From Escherichia coli (lineage in GTDB: Bacteria; Pseudomonadota; Gammaproteobacteria; Enterobacterales; Enterobacteriaceae): a DNA stretch of 64,000 nucleotides. Made by a program: the position numbers and the translations under genes. Shown here piece after piece: positions 1 to 12,443 of this stretch. The stretch lies in NCBI RefSeq assembly GCF_003334335.1, contig NZ_QOWQ01000002.1; one strand, 5' to 3'. Every line of letters begins with the position of its first letter. Positions within the stretch are counted from its first letter, which is position 1. The notes beneath the pieces were generated by a model. It saw only the letters and a program-made list of their open reading frames with translations. It searched no databases and was not told the origin of the DNA.

Positions 1-111
1 ACGCGAGGCATCGTCTTAACGAGGCACCGAGGCGTCGCATTCTTCAGATGGTTCAACCCTTAAGTTAGCGCTTATGGGATACTCCTCGCCTTGCGCTGCA
101 TTCTGGAGTAA

Positions 112-2285
<2,174 letters not shown>

Positions 2286-2383
2286 TACGTATCCTTATAC
2301 CTGAAATCTTCGCAAGTATGCCTGGCCGCGAGATTATGGCACACTTGTCCGGTTAACTCTCGTCTCATACAGGTAACACAAAC

Positions 2384-3520
2384 GTGAAAATCCTTGTTGA
2401 TGAAAATATGCCTTATGCCCGCGACTTATTTAGCCGTTTGGGTGAGGTGACCGCGGTTCCCGGGCGTCCAATCCCCGTCGCTCAACTGGCAGACGCGGAT
2501 GCGCTGATGGTGCGTTCGGTCACGAAAGTGAATGAATCTTTGCTGGCAGGAAAACCCATTAAATTTGTTGGCACTGCCACTGCGGGGACCGACCATGTCG
2601 ATGAAGCATGGTTGAAGCAGGCGGGAATTGGTTTTTCCGCTGCACCTGGCTGTAATGCGATTGCGGTGGTGGAATATGTTTTCTCCTCCCTGCTGATGCT
2701 TGCCGAACGCGATGGATTTTCACTGTACGACCGTACGGTGGGGATCGTGGGCGTTGGTAACGTTGGACGTCGATTGCAGGCGCGACTGGAAGCGTTAGGG
2801 ATTAAAACCTTACTTTGCGATCCGCCTCGCGCCGACCGTGGGGATGAGGGTGATTTCCGCTCGCTGGATGAGTTAGTCCAGCGCGCGGATATTCTGACTT
2901 TCCATACGCCACTCTTTAAAGATGGTCCGTACAAAACGCTACATCTGGCGGATGAAAAACTGATCCGTAGCCTGAAGCCCGGAGCGATTCTGATTAACGC
3001 CTGCCGTGGCGCAGTCGTCGATAATACTGCGTTGCTGACCTGCCTGAATGAAGGCCAGAAGTTAAGCGTAGTGCTGGATGTCTGGGAAGGCGAACCGGAA
3101 CTCAACGTCGAGCTGCTGAAAAAAGTGGATATCGGCACGCCGCATATCGCAGGCTATACCCTGGAAGGTAAAGCACGCGGTACTACGCAAGTGTTTGAAG
3201 CTTATAGCAAGTTTATTGGGCATGAACAGCACGTTGCGCTGGATACATTACTGCCTGCGCCAGAGTTTGGTCGCATTACGCTGCATGGCCCGCTCGATCA
3301 ACCGACGCTGAAAAGGCTGGTGCATTTGGTGTATGATGTGCGCCGCGATGACGCACCGCTGCGTAAAGTCGCCGGGATACCGGGTGAGTTCGATAAACTG
3401 CGCAAAAACTATCTTGAGCGCCGTGAATGGTCATCTCTGTATGTAATTTGTGATGACGCCAGTGCGGCATCATTGCTGTGTAAACTGGGTTTTAACGCCG
3501 TTCATCATCCGGCACGTTAA
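2384..3520 (+). CDS. pdxB: Erythronate-4-phosphate dehydrogenase
   Basis: 378-aa ORF with GTG start at 2384; D-2-hydroxyacid dehydrogenase NAD-binding motif GIVGVGNVG; N-terminus [12 protein letters not shown]. Confidence 0.93.
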   Translation: MKILVDENMPYARDLFSRLGEVTAVPGRPIPVAQLADADALMVRSVTKVNESLLAGKPIKFVGTATAGTDHVDEAWLKQAGIGFSAAPGCNAIAVVEYVFSSLLMLAERDGFSLYDRTVGIVGVGNVGRRLQARLEALGIKTLLCDPPRADRGDEGDFRSLDELVQRADILTFHTPLFKDGPYKTLHLADEKLIRSLKPGAILINACRGAVVDNTALLTCLNEGQKLSVVLDVWEGEPELNVELLKKVDIGTPHIAGYTLEGKARGTTQVFEAYSKFIGHEQHVALDTLLPAPEFGRITLHGPLDQPTLKRLVHLVYDVRRDDAPLRKVAGIPGEFDKLRKNYLERREWSSLYVICDDASAASLLCKLGFNAVHHPAR

Positions 3521-3585
3521 TCTCTTCTTCATGCTCTCTGCTGTAACATTGGCAGGGAGCTTTGCTATTTCTGGAGTAAACCACC

Positions 3586-4599
3586 ATGTCTGAAGGCTGG
3601 AACATTGCCGTCCTGGGCGCAACTGGCGCTGTGGGCGAAGCCCTGCTTGAAACGCTGGCTGAACGTCAGTTCCCGGTTGGGGAAATTTATGCACTGGCAC
3701 GTAACGAAAGCGCAGGCGAACAACTGCGCTTTGGTGGTAAGACAATCACCGTGCAGGATGCCGCTGAATTCGACTGGACGCAGGCGCAGCTGGCATTTTT
3801 TGTCGCAGGCAAAGAAGCTACCGCTGCCTGGGTTGAAGAAGCGACCAACTCAGGTTGCCTGGTGATCGACAGCAGTGGATTGTTTGCTCTCGAACCCGAC
3901 GTACCGCTGGTGGTGCCGGAAGTAAACCCGTTTGTACTGACAGATTACCGGAACCGGAATGTCATCGCCGTACCAGACAGTCTGACCAGCCAGCTGCTGG
4001 CGGCACTGAAACCGTTAATCGATCAGGGCGGTTTATCACGTATCAGCGTTACCAGCCTGATTTCAGCCTCCGCCCAGGGCAAAAAAGCGGTCGATGCGTT
4101 AGCGGGGCAGAGTGCGAAATTGCTCAACGGCATTCCGATTGACGAAGAAGATTTCTTCGGGCGTCAGCTGGCGTTCAACATGCTGCCGTTACTGCCGGAT
4201 AGCGAAGGTAGCGTGCGTGAAGAACGTCGTATCGTTGACGAAGTACGCAAAATCCTGCAGGACGAAGGGCTGATGATTTCGGCTAGCGTCGTCCAGGCAC
4301 CGGTATTCTACGGTCATGCCCAGATGGTCAACTTTGAAGCTCTGCGTCCACTGGCAGCAGAAGAAGCGCGTGATGCGTTTGTTCAAGGCGAAGATATTGT
4401 GCTCTCTGAAGAGAACGAATTCCCAACTCAGGTAGGTGATGCTTCGGGTACGCCGCATCTTTCTGTTGGCTGCGTGCGTAATGACTACGGTATGCCGGAG
4501 CAAGTCCAGTTCTGGTCGGTGGCCGATAACGTTCGCTTTGGCGGCGCGCTGATGGCAGTAAAAATCGCCGAGAAACTGGTGCAGGAGTATCTGTACTAA
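3586..4599 (+). CDS. usg: Aspartate-semialdehyde dehydrogenase homologue Usg
   Basis: 337-aa ORF with N-terminal Rossmann motif VLGATGAVG; lies between pdxB and truA. Confidence 0.85.
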
Positions 4600-5411
4600 T
4601 GTCCGACCAGCAACAACCGCCAGTTTATAAAATTGCGCTGGGCATTGAGTACGACGGCAGTAAGTATTACGGCTGGCAACGGCAGAACGAAGTCCGCAGT
4701 GTGCAGGAGAAGCTGGAAAAGGCGCTCTCCCAGGTGGCGAACGAACCCATCACCGTCTTCTGCGCCGGGCGTACTGACGCAGGGGTACACGGTACCGGGC
4801 AGGTTGTGCATTTCGAAACAACCGCGCTGCGCAAAGACGCGGCGTGGACCTTGGGCGTAAATGCGAATTTACCTGGTGACATCGCTGTGCGTTGGGTTAA
4901 AGCTGTACCTGATGATTTTCATGCCCGATTTAGCGCCACGGCTCGCCGTTATCGCTACATCATCTACAATCATCGGCTGCGCCCGGCGGTACTGAGTAAA
5001 GGGGTAACCCATTTTTACGAACCGCTGGACGCTGAACGGATGCATCGGGCTGCGCAATGCTTGCTGGGCGAGAATGATTTCACCTCGTTCCGTGCGGTGC
5101 AGTGCCAGTCCCGAACCCCGTGGCGCAACGTTATGCATATTAATGTCACGCGTCACGGTCCTTATGTGGTGGTAGATATTAAAGCGAATGCTTTTGTACA
5201 TCATATGGTCAGGAATATTGTCGGCAGCCTGATGGAAGTCGGTGCCCACAACCAGCCGGAGAGCTGGATAGCAGAGTTGCTGGCGGCAAAGGACAGAACG
5301 CTGGCGGCAGCAACGGCAAAAGCGGAAGGGCTGTATCTGGTCGCGGTGGATTACCCTGACCGGTATGATCTTCCAAAACCGCCAATGGGCCCGCTATTTC
5401 TGGCGGACTAA
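4599..5411 (+). CDS. truA: tRNA pseudouridine(38-40) synthase
   Basis: 270-aa ORF; start overlaps the usg stop (TAATG); contains the catalytic-Asp region [10 protein letters not shown]. Confidence 0.95.
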   Translation: MSDQQQPPVYKIALGIEYDGSKYYGWQRQNEVRSVQEKLEKALSQVANEPITVFCAGRTDAGVHGTGQVVHFETTALRKDAAWTLGVNANLPGDIAVRWVKAVPDDFHARFSATARRYRYIIYNHRLRPAVLSKGVTHFYEPLDAERMHRAAQCLLGENDFTSFRAVQCQSRTPWRNVMHINVTRHGPYVVVDIKANAFVHHMVRNIVGSLMEVGAHNQPESWIAELLAAKDRTLAAATAKAEGLYLVAVDYPDRYDLPKPPMGPLFLAD

Positions 5412-5432
5412 CGAGAATAATGCTCGGAACAT

Positions 5433-5465
5433 TTCAGGCTGTAGCCAACGTAGTTACAGCCTGAA
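5433..5465 (+). other. Perfect 11-bp inverted repeat (stem-loop) in the truA-dedA spacer, no U-tract
   Basis: ttcaggctgta (5433-5443) pairs with tacagcctgaa (5455-5465) around an 11-nt loop; no T-run follows. Confidence 0.5.
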
Positions 5466-5493
5466 AGATGACGAGTACAAGGCATAGGCAAAT

Positions 5494-6153
5494 ATGGACC
5501 TGATTTATTTCCTCATCGATTTTATCCTGCACATTGACGTGCATCTGGCAGAGCTGGTCGCGGAGTACGGCGTCTGGGTTTATGCCATTTTGTTCTTAAT
5601 TTTGTTCTGTGAAACCGGTCTGGTGGTAACGCCGTTTTTACCGGGTGATTCATTGCTGTTTGTTGCCGGAGCGTTGGCATCACTGGAAACCAACGATCTC
5701 AACGTCCATATGATGGTGGTGCTGATGCTGATCGCCGCGATTGTGGGTGACGCGGTCAATTACACTATCGGGCGGTTGTTCGGTGAAAAGTTGTTCAGTA
5801 ATCCCAATTCGAAAATTTTCCGTCGCAGTTATCTCGACAAAACCCATCAGTTTTATGAGAAACATGGCGGCAAAACGATTATTCTCGCCCGTTTTGTGCC
5901 GATCGTCAGAACGTTCGCCCCGTTTGTTGCGGGAATGGGCCACATGTCGTACCGTCATTTCGCCGCTTATAACGTGATCGGCGCACTGTTGTGGGTACTG
6001 CTTTTTACCTACGCAGGCTATTTCTTCGGTACAATCCCGATGGTTCAGGATAACCTTAAGCTGCTGATCGTCGGGATTATTGTGGTTTCTATTTTGCCGG
6101 GCGTCATCGAAATAATCCGTCACAAACGCGCTGCGGCACGCGCCGCAAAATAA
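5494..6153 (+). CDS. dedA: DedA-family inner-membrane protein
   Basis: 219-aa hydrophobic ORF downstream of truA. Confidence 0.9.
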   Translation: MDLIYFLIDFILHIDVHLAELVAEYGVWVYAILFLILFCETGLVVTPFLPGDSLLFVAGALASLETNDLNVHMMVVLMLIAAIVGDAVNYTIGRLFGEKLFSNPNSKIFRRSYLDKTHQFYEKHGGKTIILARFVPIVRTFAPFVAGMGHMSYRHFAAYNVIGALLWVLLFTYAGYFFGTIPMVQDNLKLLIVGIIVVSILPGVIEIIRHKRAAARAAK

Positions 6154-6308
6154 AAAGTAACTCCGCGGTTCGACCACTTTTTTATCCAAAGTTTCGGGCT
6201 GTTATGTTTTAATGTGCAACATTCATGGTCTGTTGGGGGCAAAAATGGCATTATGCGTCCCCAAAGATAAAACTGGCATCGAACCAGGTTCAGACAGAAA
6301 GGTCCCTA

Positions 6309-7223
6309 ATGAGCTGGATTGAACGAATTAAAAGCAACATTACTCCCACCCGCAAGGCGAGCATTCCTGAAGGGGTGTGGACTAAGTGTGATAGCTGCGG
6401 TCAGGTTTTATACCGCGCTGAGCTGGAACGTAATCTTGAGGTCTGTCCGAAGTGTGACCATCACATGCGTATGACAGCGCGTAATCGCCTGCATAGCCTG
6501 TTAGATGAAGGAAGCCTTGTGGAGCTGGGTAGCGAGCTTGAGCCGAAAGATGTGCTGAAGTTTCGTGACTCCAAGAAGTATAAAGACCGTCTGGCATCTG
6601 CGCAGAAAGAAACCGGCGAAAAAGATGCGCTGGTGGTGATGAAAGGCACTCTGTATGGAATGCCGGTTGTCGCTGCGGCATTCGAGTTCGCCTTTATGGG
6701 CGGTTCAATGGGGTCTGTTGTGGGTGCACGTTTCGTGCGTGCCGTTGAGCAGGCGCTGGAAGATAACTGCCCGCTGATCTGCTTCTCCGCCTCTGGTGGC
6801 GCACGTATGCAGGAAGCACTGATGTCGCTGATGCAGATGGCGAAAACCTCTGCGGCACTGGCAAAAATGCAGGAGCGCGGCTTGCCGTACATCTCCGTGC
6901 TGACCGACCCGACGATGGGCGGTGTTTCTGCAAGTTTCGCCATGCTGGGCGATCTCAACATCGCTGAACCGAAAGCGTTAATCGGCTTTGCCGGTCCGCG
7001 TGTTATCGAACAGACCGTTCGCGAAAAACTGCCGCCTGGATTCCAGCGCAGTGAATTCCTGATCGAGAAAGGCGCGATCGACATGATCGTCCGTCGTCCG
7101 GAAATGCGCCTGAAACTGGCGAGCATTCTGGCGAAGTTGATGAATCTGCCAGCGCCGAATCCTGAAGCGCCGCGTGAAGGCGTAGTGGTACCCCCGGTAC
7201 CGGATCAGGAACCTGAGGCCTGA
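6309..7223 (+). CDS. accD: Acetyl-CoA carboxylase carboxyltransferase beta subunit
   Basis: 304 aa from the ATG at 6309 (AAAGG Shine-Dalgarno 7 nt upstream); N-terminal C4 zinc ribbon (CDSCG...CPKCDHH). The track ORF starting at 6225 is an unsupported upstream extension. Confidence 0.95.
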
Positions 7224-7231
7224 TAACTGAT

Positions 7232-7261
7232 AAGGGCAGGGCCACTGGCTCTGCCCTTTTG
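7232..7261 (+). terminator. Intrinsic terminator after accD
   Basis: GC-rich hairpin (aagggcagg...ctgccctt) followed by TTTT, starting 9 nt after the accD stop. Confidence 0.6.
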
Positions 7262-7292
7262 CTATTCTCACCGTAACGAATCAGCGGATACC

Positions 7293-8561
7293 ATGATTAT
7301 CAAACGCACTCCTCAAGCCGCGTCGCCTCTGGCTTCGTGGCTTTCTTATCTGGAAAACCTGCACAGTAAAACTATCGATCTCGGCCTTGAGCGCGTGAGC
7401 CTGGTCGCGGCGCGTCTTGGCGTCCTGAAACCAGCGCCATTTGTGTTTACCGTTGCGGGTACGAATGGCAAAGGCACCACCTGCCGTACGCTGGAGTCGA
7501 TTCTGATGGCGGCAGGGTACAAAGTGGGCGTCTACAGTTCGCCTCATCTGGTGCGTTATACCGAGCGCGTACGTGTGCAGGGCCAGGAATTGCCGGAATC
7601 GGCCCACACCGCCTCTTTTGCGGAGATTGAATCGGCACGCGGTGATATTTCCCTGACCTATTTCGAGTACGGTACGCTGTCGGCGTTGTGGCTGTTCAAG
7701 CAGGCACAACTTGACGTGGTGATTCTGGAAGTAGGGCTGGGCGGTCGTCTGGACGCAACCAATATTGTCGACGCCGATGTCGCGGTAGTAACCAGTATTG
7801 CGCTGGATCATACCGACTGGCTGGGTCCAGATCGCGAAAGTATTGGTCGCGAGAAAGCAGGCATCTTCCGCAGCGAAAAACCGGCAATTGTCGGTGAGCC
7901 GGAAATGCCTTCTACCATTGCTGATGTGGCGCAGGAAAAAGGTGCACTGTTACAACGTCGGGGCGTTGAGTGGAACTATTCCGTCACCGATCATGACTGG
8001 GCGTTTAGCGATGCTCACGGCACGCTGGAAAATCTGCCGTTGCCGCTTGTCCCGCAACCGAATGCCGCAACAGCGCTGGCGGCACTGCGTGCCAGCGGGC
8101 TGGAAGTCAGTGAAAATGCCATTCGCGACGGGATTGCCAGCGCAATTTTGCCGGGACGTTTCCAGATTGTGAGCGAGTCGCCACGCGTTATTTTTGATGT
8201 CGCGCATAATCCACATGCGGCGGAATATCTCACCGGGCGTATGAAAGCGCTACCGAAAAACGGGCGCGTGCTGGCGGTTATCGGTATGCTACATGATAAA
8301 GATATTGCCGGAACTCTGGCCTGGTTGAAAAGCGTGGTTGATGACTGGTATTGTGCGCCACTGGAAGGGCCGCGCGGTGCCACGGCAGAACAACTGCTTG
8401 AGCATTTGGGTAACGGCAAATCATTTGATAGCGTTGCGCAGGCATGGGATGCCGCAATGGCGGACGCTAAAGCGGAAGACACCGTGCTGGTGTGTGGTTC
8501 TTTCCACACGGTCGCACATGTCATGGAAGTGATTGACGCGAGGAGAAGCGGTGGCAAGTAA
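7293..8561 (+). CDS. folC: Dihydrofolate synthase / folylpolyglutamate synthase
   Basis: 422-aa ORF with P-loop GTNGKGT (Mur-ligase family); lies between accD and dedD. Confidence 0.95.
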   Translation: MIIKRTPQAASPLASWLSYLENLHSKTIDLGLERVSLVAARLGVLKPAPFVFTVAGTNGKGTTCRTLESILMAAGYKVGVYSSPHLVRYTERVRVQGQELPESAHTASFAEIESARGDISLTYFEYGTLSALWLFKQAQLDVVILEVGLGGRLDATNIVDADVAVVTSIALDHTDWLGPDRESIGREKAGIFRSEKPAIVGEPEMPSTIADVAQEKGALLQRRGVEWNYSVTDHDWAFSDAHGTLENLPLPLVPQPNAATALAALRASGLEVSENAIRDGIASAILPGRFQIVSESPRVIFDVAHNPHAAEYLTGRMKALPKNGRVLAVIGMLHDKDIAGTLAWLKSVVDDWYCAPLEGPRGATAEQLLEHLGNGKSFDSVAQAWDAAMADAKAEDTVLVCGSFHTVAHVMEVIDARRSGGK

Positions 8562-9213
8562 GTTTCAGAATCGGTTAGTGGGCACGATCGTGCTGGTGGC
8601 GCTGGGGGTGATTGTACTTCCAGGGCTGCTGGACGGGCAGAAAAAACATTATCAGGATGAGTTCGCGGCTATCCCGCTGGTGCCGAAAGCGGGCGATCGT
8701 GATGAGCCTGATATGATGCCAGCCGCCACCCAGGCGTTACCGACGCAGCCGCCGGAAGGCGCAGCGGAAGAGGTGCGGGCAGGTGATGCCGCAGCACCGT
8801 CGCTCGATCCGGCCACTATTGCAGCCAATAACACCGAGTTTGAACCGGAACCTGCACCGGTCGCCCCACCGAAGCCGAAACCGGTGGAGCCGCCTAAACC
8901 AAAGGTTGAAGCACCACCTGCGCCGAAGCCAGAACCGAAGCCGGTCGTGGAAGAAAAAGCTGCACCGACGGGTAAAGCCTATGTTGTGCAACTGGGTGCG
9001 CTGAAAAATGCCGATAAAGTGAATGAGATTGTCGGTAAGCTGCGCGGTGCCGGTTATCGGGTTTATACGTCGCCATCCACGCCAGTGCAGGGTAAAATTA
9101 CCCGTATTCTGGTTGGGCCGGATGCCTCGAAAGATAAGCTGAAAGGTTCGCTGGGTGAGTTGAAGCAACTTTCTGGCTTAAGTGGCGTGGTAATGGGCTA
9201 TACGCCGAATTAA
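8551..9213 (+). CDS. dedD: Cell-division protein DedD (SPOR domain)
   Basis: 220 aa from the GTG at 8551 (AGGAG Shine-Dalgarno at 8541-8545); N-terminal TM segment, Pro/Lys-rich linker and C-terminal SPOR-like domain; overlaps the folC 3' end by 11 nt. Confidence 0.85.
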   Translation: MASKFQNRLVGTIVLVALGVIVLPGLLDGQKKHYQDEFAAIPLVPKAGDRDEPDMMPAATQALPTQPPEGAAEEVRAGDAAAPSLDPATIAANNTEFEPEPAPVAPPKPKPVEPPKPKVEAPPAPKPEPKPVVEEKAAPTGKAYVVQLGALKNADKVNEIVGKLRGAGYRVYTSPSTPVQGKITRILVGPDASKDKLKGSLGELKQLSGLSGVVMGYTPN

Positions 9214-9222
9214 TACGGTCTT

Positions 9223-9308
9223 GCCTGATGCGACGCTGGCGCGTCTTATCAGGCCTACGCAGGGGTAGAACCGTAGGTCGGATAAGGCGTTTACGCCGCA
9301 TCCGACAC
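9223..9308. repeat. BIME: two inverted REP palindromic units
   Basis: gcctgatgcgacgctggcgcgtcttatcaggcctac (9223-9258) and gtaggtcggataaggcgtttacgccgcatccgacac (9273-9308) match the enterobacterial REP pattern. Confidence 0.75.
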
Positions 9309-9341
9309 GCATTGCCCGATGCCGCAAAGGCATAAAAAGTC

Positions 9342-9376
9342 GATGGCGTTGAATATTTTTTCAGCGCCATTTTTAT
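9342..9376 (+). terminator. Possible intrinsic terminator ending the accD-folC-dedD transcript
   Basis: atggcg...cgccat stem with a 15-nt loop, followed by TTTTTATT. Confidence 0.4.
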
Positions 9377-9399
9377 TGATGCGCGGGAAGGAAATCCCT

Positions 9400-9415
9400 A
9401 CGCAAACGTTTTCTT
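9400..9415 (+). promoter_or_regulatory. PurR operator (PUR box) at the cvpA-purF-ubiX promoter
   Basis: ACGCAAACGTTTTCTT matches the 16-bp PurR box consensus; a TAGAAT -10-like hexamer lies at 9423-9428. Confidence 0.7.
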
Positions 9416-9471
9416 TTTCTGTTAGAATGCGCCCCGAACAGGATGACAGGGCGTAAAATCGTGGGACACAT

Positions 9472-9960
9472 ATGGTCTGGATTGATTACGCCATAATCGC
9501 GGTGATTGCTTTTTCCTCTCTGGTTAGCCTGATCCGCGGCTTTGTTCGTGAAGCGTTATCGCTGGTGACATGGGGTTGTGCTTTCTTTGTTGCCAGTCAT
9601 TACTACACTTACCTGTCAGTCTGGTTTACGGGCTTTGAAGACGAACTGGTTCGAAATGGGATTGCCATCGCGGTACTGTTTATCGCTACCCTGATCGTTG
9701 GTGCTATCGTGAACTTCGTGATAGGCCAGTTGGTGGAGAAAACGGGGTTGTCAGGCACCGATCGGGTGCTGGGCGTCTGTTTCGGTGCGTTGCGCGGTGT
9801 GTTGATTGTTGCTGCCATTCTCTTCTTTCTCGACTCCTTTACCGGGGTGTCGAAAAGCGAAGACTGGAGCAAATCACAGCTGATCCCGCAATTCAGTTTT
9901 ATCATCAGATGGTTTTTTGATTATCTGCAAAGCTCGTCAAGTTTCTTGCCCAGAGCGTAA
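9472..9960 (+). CDS. cvpA: Colicin V production membrane protein CvpA
   Basis: 162-aa hydrophobic ORF immediately upstream of purF. Confidence 0.9.
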   Translation: MVWIDYAIIAVIAFSSLVSLIRGFVREALSLVTWGCAFFVASHYYTYLSVWFTGFEDELVRNGIAIAVLFIATLIVGAIVNFVIGQLVEKTGLSGTDRVLGVCFGALRGVLIVAAILFFLDSFTGVSKSEDWSKSQLIPQFSFIIRWFFDYLQSSSSFLPRA

Positions 9961-9996
9961 GTGCTCTGAGATGTGGCTTAACGAGGAAAAAGACGT

Positions 9997-11514
9997 ATGT
10001 GCGGTATTGTCGGTATCGCCGGTGTTATGCCGGTTAACCAGTCGATTTATGATGCCTTAACGGTGCTTCAGCATCGCGGTCAGGATGCCGCCGGCATCAT
10101 CACCATAGATGCCAATAACTGCTTCCGTTTGCGTAAAGCGAACGGGCTGGTGAGCGATGTATTTGAAGCTCGCCATATGCAGCGTTTGCAGGGCAATATG
10201 GGCATTGGTCATGTGCGTTACCCCACGGCTGGCAGCTCCAGCGCCTCTGAAGCGCAGCCGTTTTACGTTAACTCCCCGTATGGCATTACGCTTGCCCACA
10301 ACGGCAATCTGACCAACGCTCACGAGTTGCGTAAAAAACTGTTTGAAGAAAAACGCCGCCACATCAACACCACTTCCGACTCGGAAATTCTGCTTAATAT
10401 CTTCGCCAGCGAGCTGGACAACTTCCGCCACTACCCGCTGGAAGCCGACAATATTTTCGCTGCCATTGCTGCCACAAACCGCTTAATCCGCGGCGCGTAT
10501 GCCTGTGTGGCGATGATTATCGGCCACGGTATGGTTGCTTTCCGCGATCCAAACGGGATTCGTCCGCTGGTACTGGGAAAACGTGATATTGACGAGAACC
10601 GTACAGAATATATGGTCGCTTCCGAAAGCGTAGCGCTCGATACGCTGGGCTTTGATTTCCTGCGTGACGTCGCGCCGGGCGAAGCGATTTACATCACTGA
10701 AGAAGGGCAGTTGTTTACCCGTCAATGTGCTGACAATCCGGTCAGCAATCCGTGCCTGTTTGAGTATGTATACTTTGCCCGCCCGGACTCGTTTATCGAC
10801 AAAATTTCCGTTTACAGCGCGCGTGTGAATATGGGCACGAAACTGGGCGAGAAAATTGCCCGCGAATGGGAAGATCTGGATATCGACGTGGTGATCCCGA
10901 TCCCAGAAACCTCGTGTGATATCGCGCTGGAAATTGCTCGTATTCTGGGCAAACCGTACCGCCAGGGCTTCGTTAAAAACCGCTATGTTGGCCGCACCTT
11001 TATCATGCCGGGCCAGCAGCTGCGTCGTAAGTCCGTGCGCCGTAAACTGAATGCCAACCGCGCCGAGTTCCGCGATAAAAACGTCCTGCTGGTCGACGAC
11101 TCCATCGTCCGTGGCACCACTTCTGAGCAGATTATCGAGATGGCACGCGAAGCCGGAGCGAAGAAAGTGTACCTCGCTTCTGCGGCACCGGAAATTCGCT
11201 TCCCGAACGTTTATGGTATTGATATGCCGAGCGCCACGGAACTGATCGCTCACGGTCGCGAAGTTGATGAAATTCGCCAGATCATCGGTGCTGACGGGTT
11301 GATTTTCCAGGATCTGAACGATCTGATCGACGCCGTTCGCGCTGAAAATCCGGATATCCAGCAGTTTGAATGCTCGGTGTTCAACGGCGTCTACGTCACC
11401 AAAGATGTTGATCAGGGCTACCTCGATTTCCTCGATACGTTACGTAATGATGACGCCAAAGCAGTGCAACGTCAGAACGAAGTGGAAAATCTCGAAATGC
11501 ATAACGAAGGATGA
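9997..11514 (+). CDS. purF: Amidophosphoribosyltransferase
   Basis: 505-aa ORF; MCGIVGI N-terminus (Ntn glutaminase catalytic Cys) and a PRPP-binding motif ([13 protein letters not shown]). Confidence 0.95.
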
Positions 11515-11608
11515 TGCCTTCGCTGAGGGTGCCGGTCTGGCACCCTGACTTGCAACTCCCGCCGAAATCCTGCAAAGTCTGCCTGCAAGTCTGACAGGGC
11601 AACTATTT

Positions 11609-12178
11609 ATGAAACGACTCATTGTAGGCATCAGCGGTGCCAGCGGCGCGATTTATGGCGTGCGCTTATTACAGGTTCTGCGCGATGTCACAGATATCGA
11701 AACGCATCTGGTGATGAGCCAGGCAGCGCGCCAGACCTTATCCCTCGAAACGGATTTTTCTCTGCGCGAAGTGCAGGCATTAGCCGATGTCACGCACGAT
11801 GCGCGCGATATTGCCGCCAGCATCTCTTCCGGTTCTTTCCAGACGCTGGGGATGGTGATTTTACCCTGTTCAATCAAAACCCTTTCCGGCATTGTCCATA
11901 GCTATACTGATGGCTTACTGACCCGTGCGGCAGATGTGGTGCTGAAAGAGCGTCGCCCGTTGGTGCTCTGCGTGCGTGAAACACCATTGCACTTAGGCCA
12001 TCTGCGTTTAATGACTCAGGCGGCAGAAATCGGTGCGGTGATTATGCCTCCCGTTCCGGCGTTTTATCATCGCCCGCAATCCCTTGATGATGTGATAAAT
12101 CAGACGGTTAATCGTGTTCTTGACCAGTTTGCGATAACCCTTCCTGAAGATCTCTTTGCCCGCTGGCAGGGCGCATAA
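11609..12178 (+). CDS. ubiX: Flavin prenyltransferase UbiX
   Basis: 189-aa ORF with flavoprotein N-terminus MKRLIVGISGASGAIYG. Confidence 0.93.
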   Translation: MKRLIVGISGASGAIYGVRLLQVLRDVTDIETHLVMSQAARQTLSLETDFSLREVQALADVTHDARDIAASISSGSFQTLGMVILPCSIKTLSGIVHSYTDGLLTRAADVVLKERRPLVLCVRETPLHLGHLRLMTQAAEIGAVIMPPVPAFYHRPQSLDDVINQTVNRVLDQFAITLPEDLFARWQGA

Positions 12179-12186
12179 CTCCGCTG

Positions 12187-12210
12187 TTGCCCTGTTTCAG
12201 GGCAATTTTG
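12187..12210 (+). terminator. Intrinsic terminator after ubiX
   Basis: ttgccctg/agggcaa stem with tttc loop, followed by TTTTG, 9 nt after the ubiX stop. Confidence 0.7.
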
Positions 12211-12359
12211 CAACCGCGATCAAATCCTCGACATTTTGTTTCTGCCATTCAATCGAAACGCTGCGATTCAACCGCTATACCTGCTATCTTCAACTTCAGG
12301 ACAATAATGCAACGTCTTATTAACATATTTAACGTTGAATGTTACTGTTGTCGTCAAGA

Positions 12360-12376
12360 TGGCATAAGACCTGCAT
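12360..12376 (+). promoter_or_regulatory. Sigma-54 (-24/-12) promoter for argT
   Basis: TGGCATAAGACCTGCAT has GG and GC at exactly the consensus spacing of TGGCACG-N4-TTGCW; about 70 nt upstream of the argT start. Confidence 0.65.
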
Positions 12377-12443
12377 GAAAGAGCCTGCAAACACACAACA
12401 CAATACACAACATAAAAAAGCCATTTTCACTTGAGGGTTATGT

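Noticed and set aside
8830-8960. Repetitive Pro/Lys/Glu-rich coding stretch that could be mistaken for a tandem DNA repeat
   Set aside because: It is in frame within dedD and encodes the flexible linker before the SPOR domain. It is a low-complexity protein region, not a non-coding repeat or CRISPR-like array.
12187-12378. 63-aa ORF in the ubiX-argT spacer
   Set aside because: No ribosome-binding site; it overlaps the ubiX terminator and the sigma-54 promoter element, so the region is better explained as regulatory DNA.
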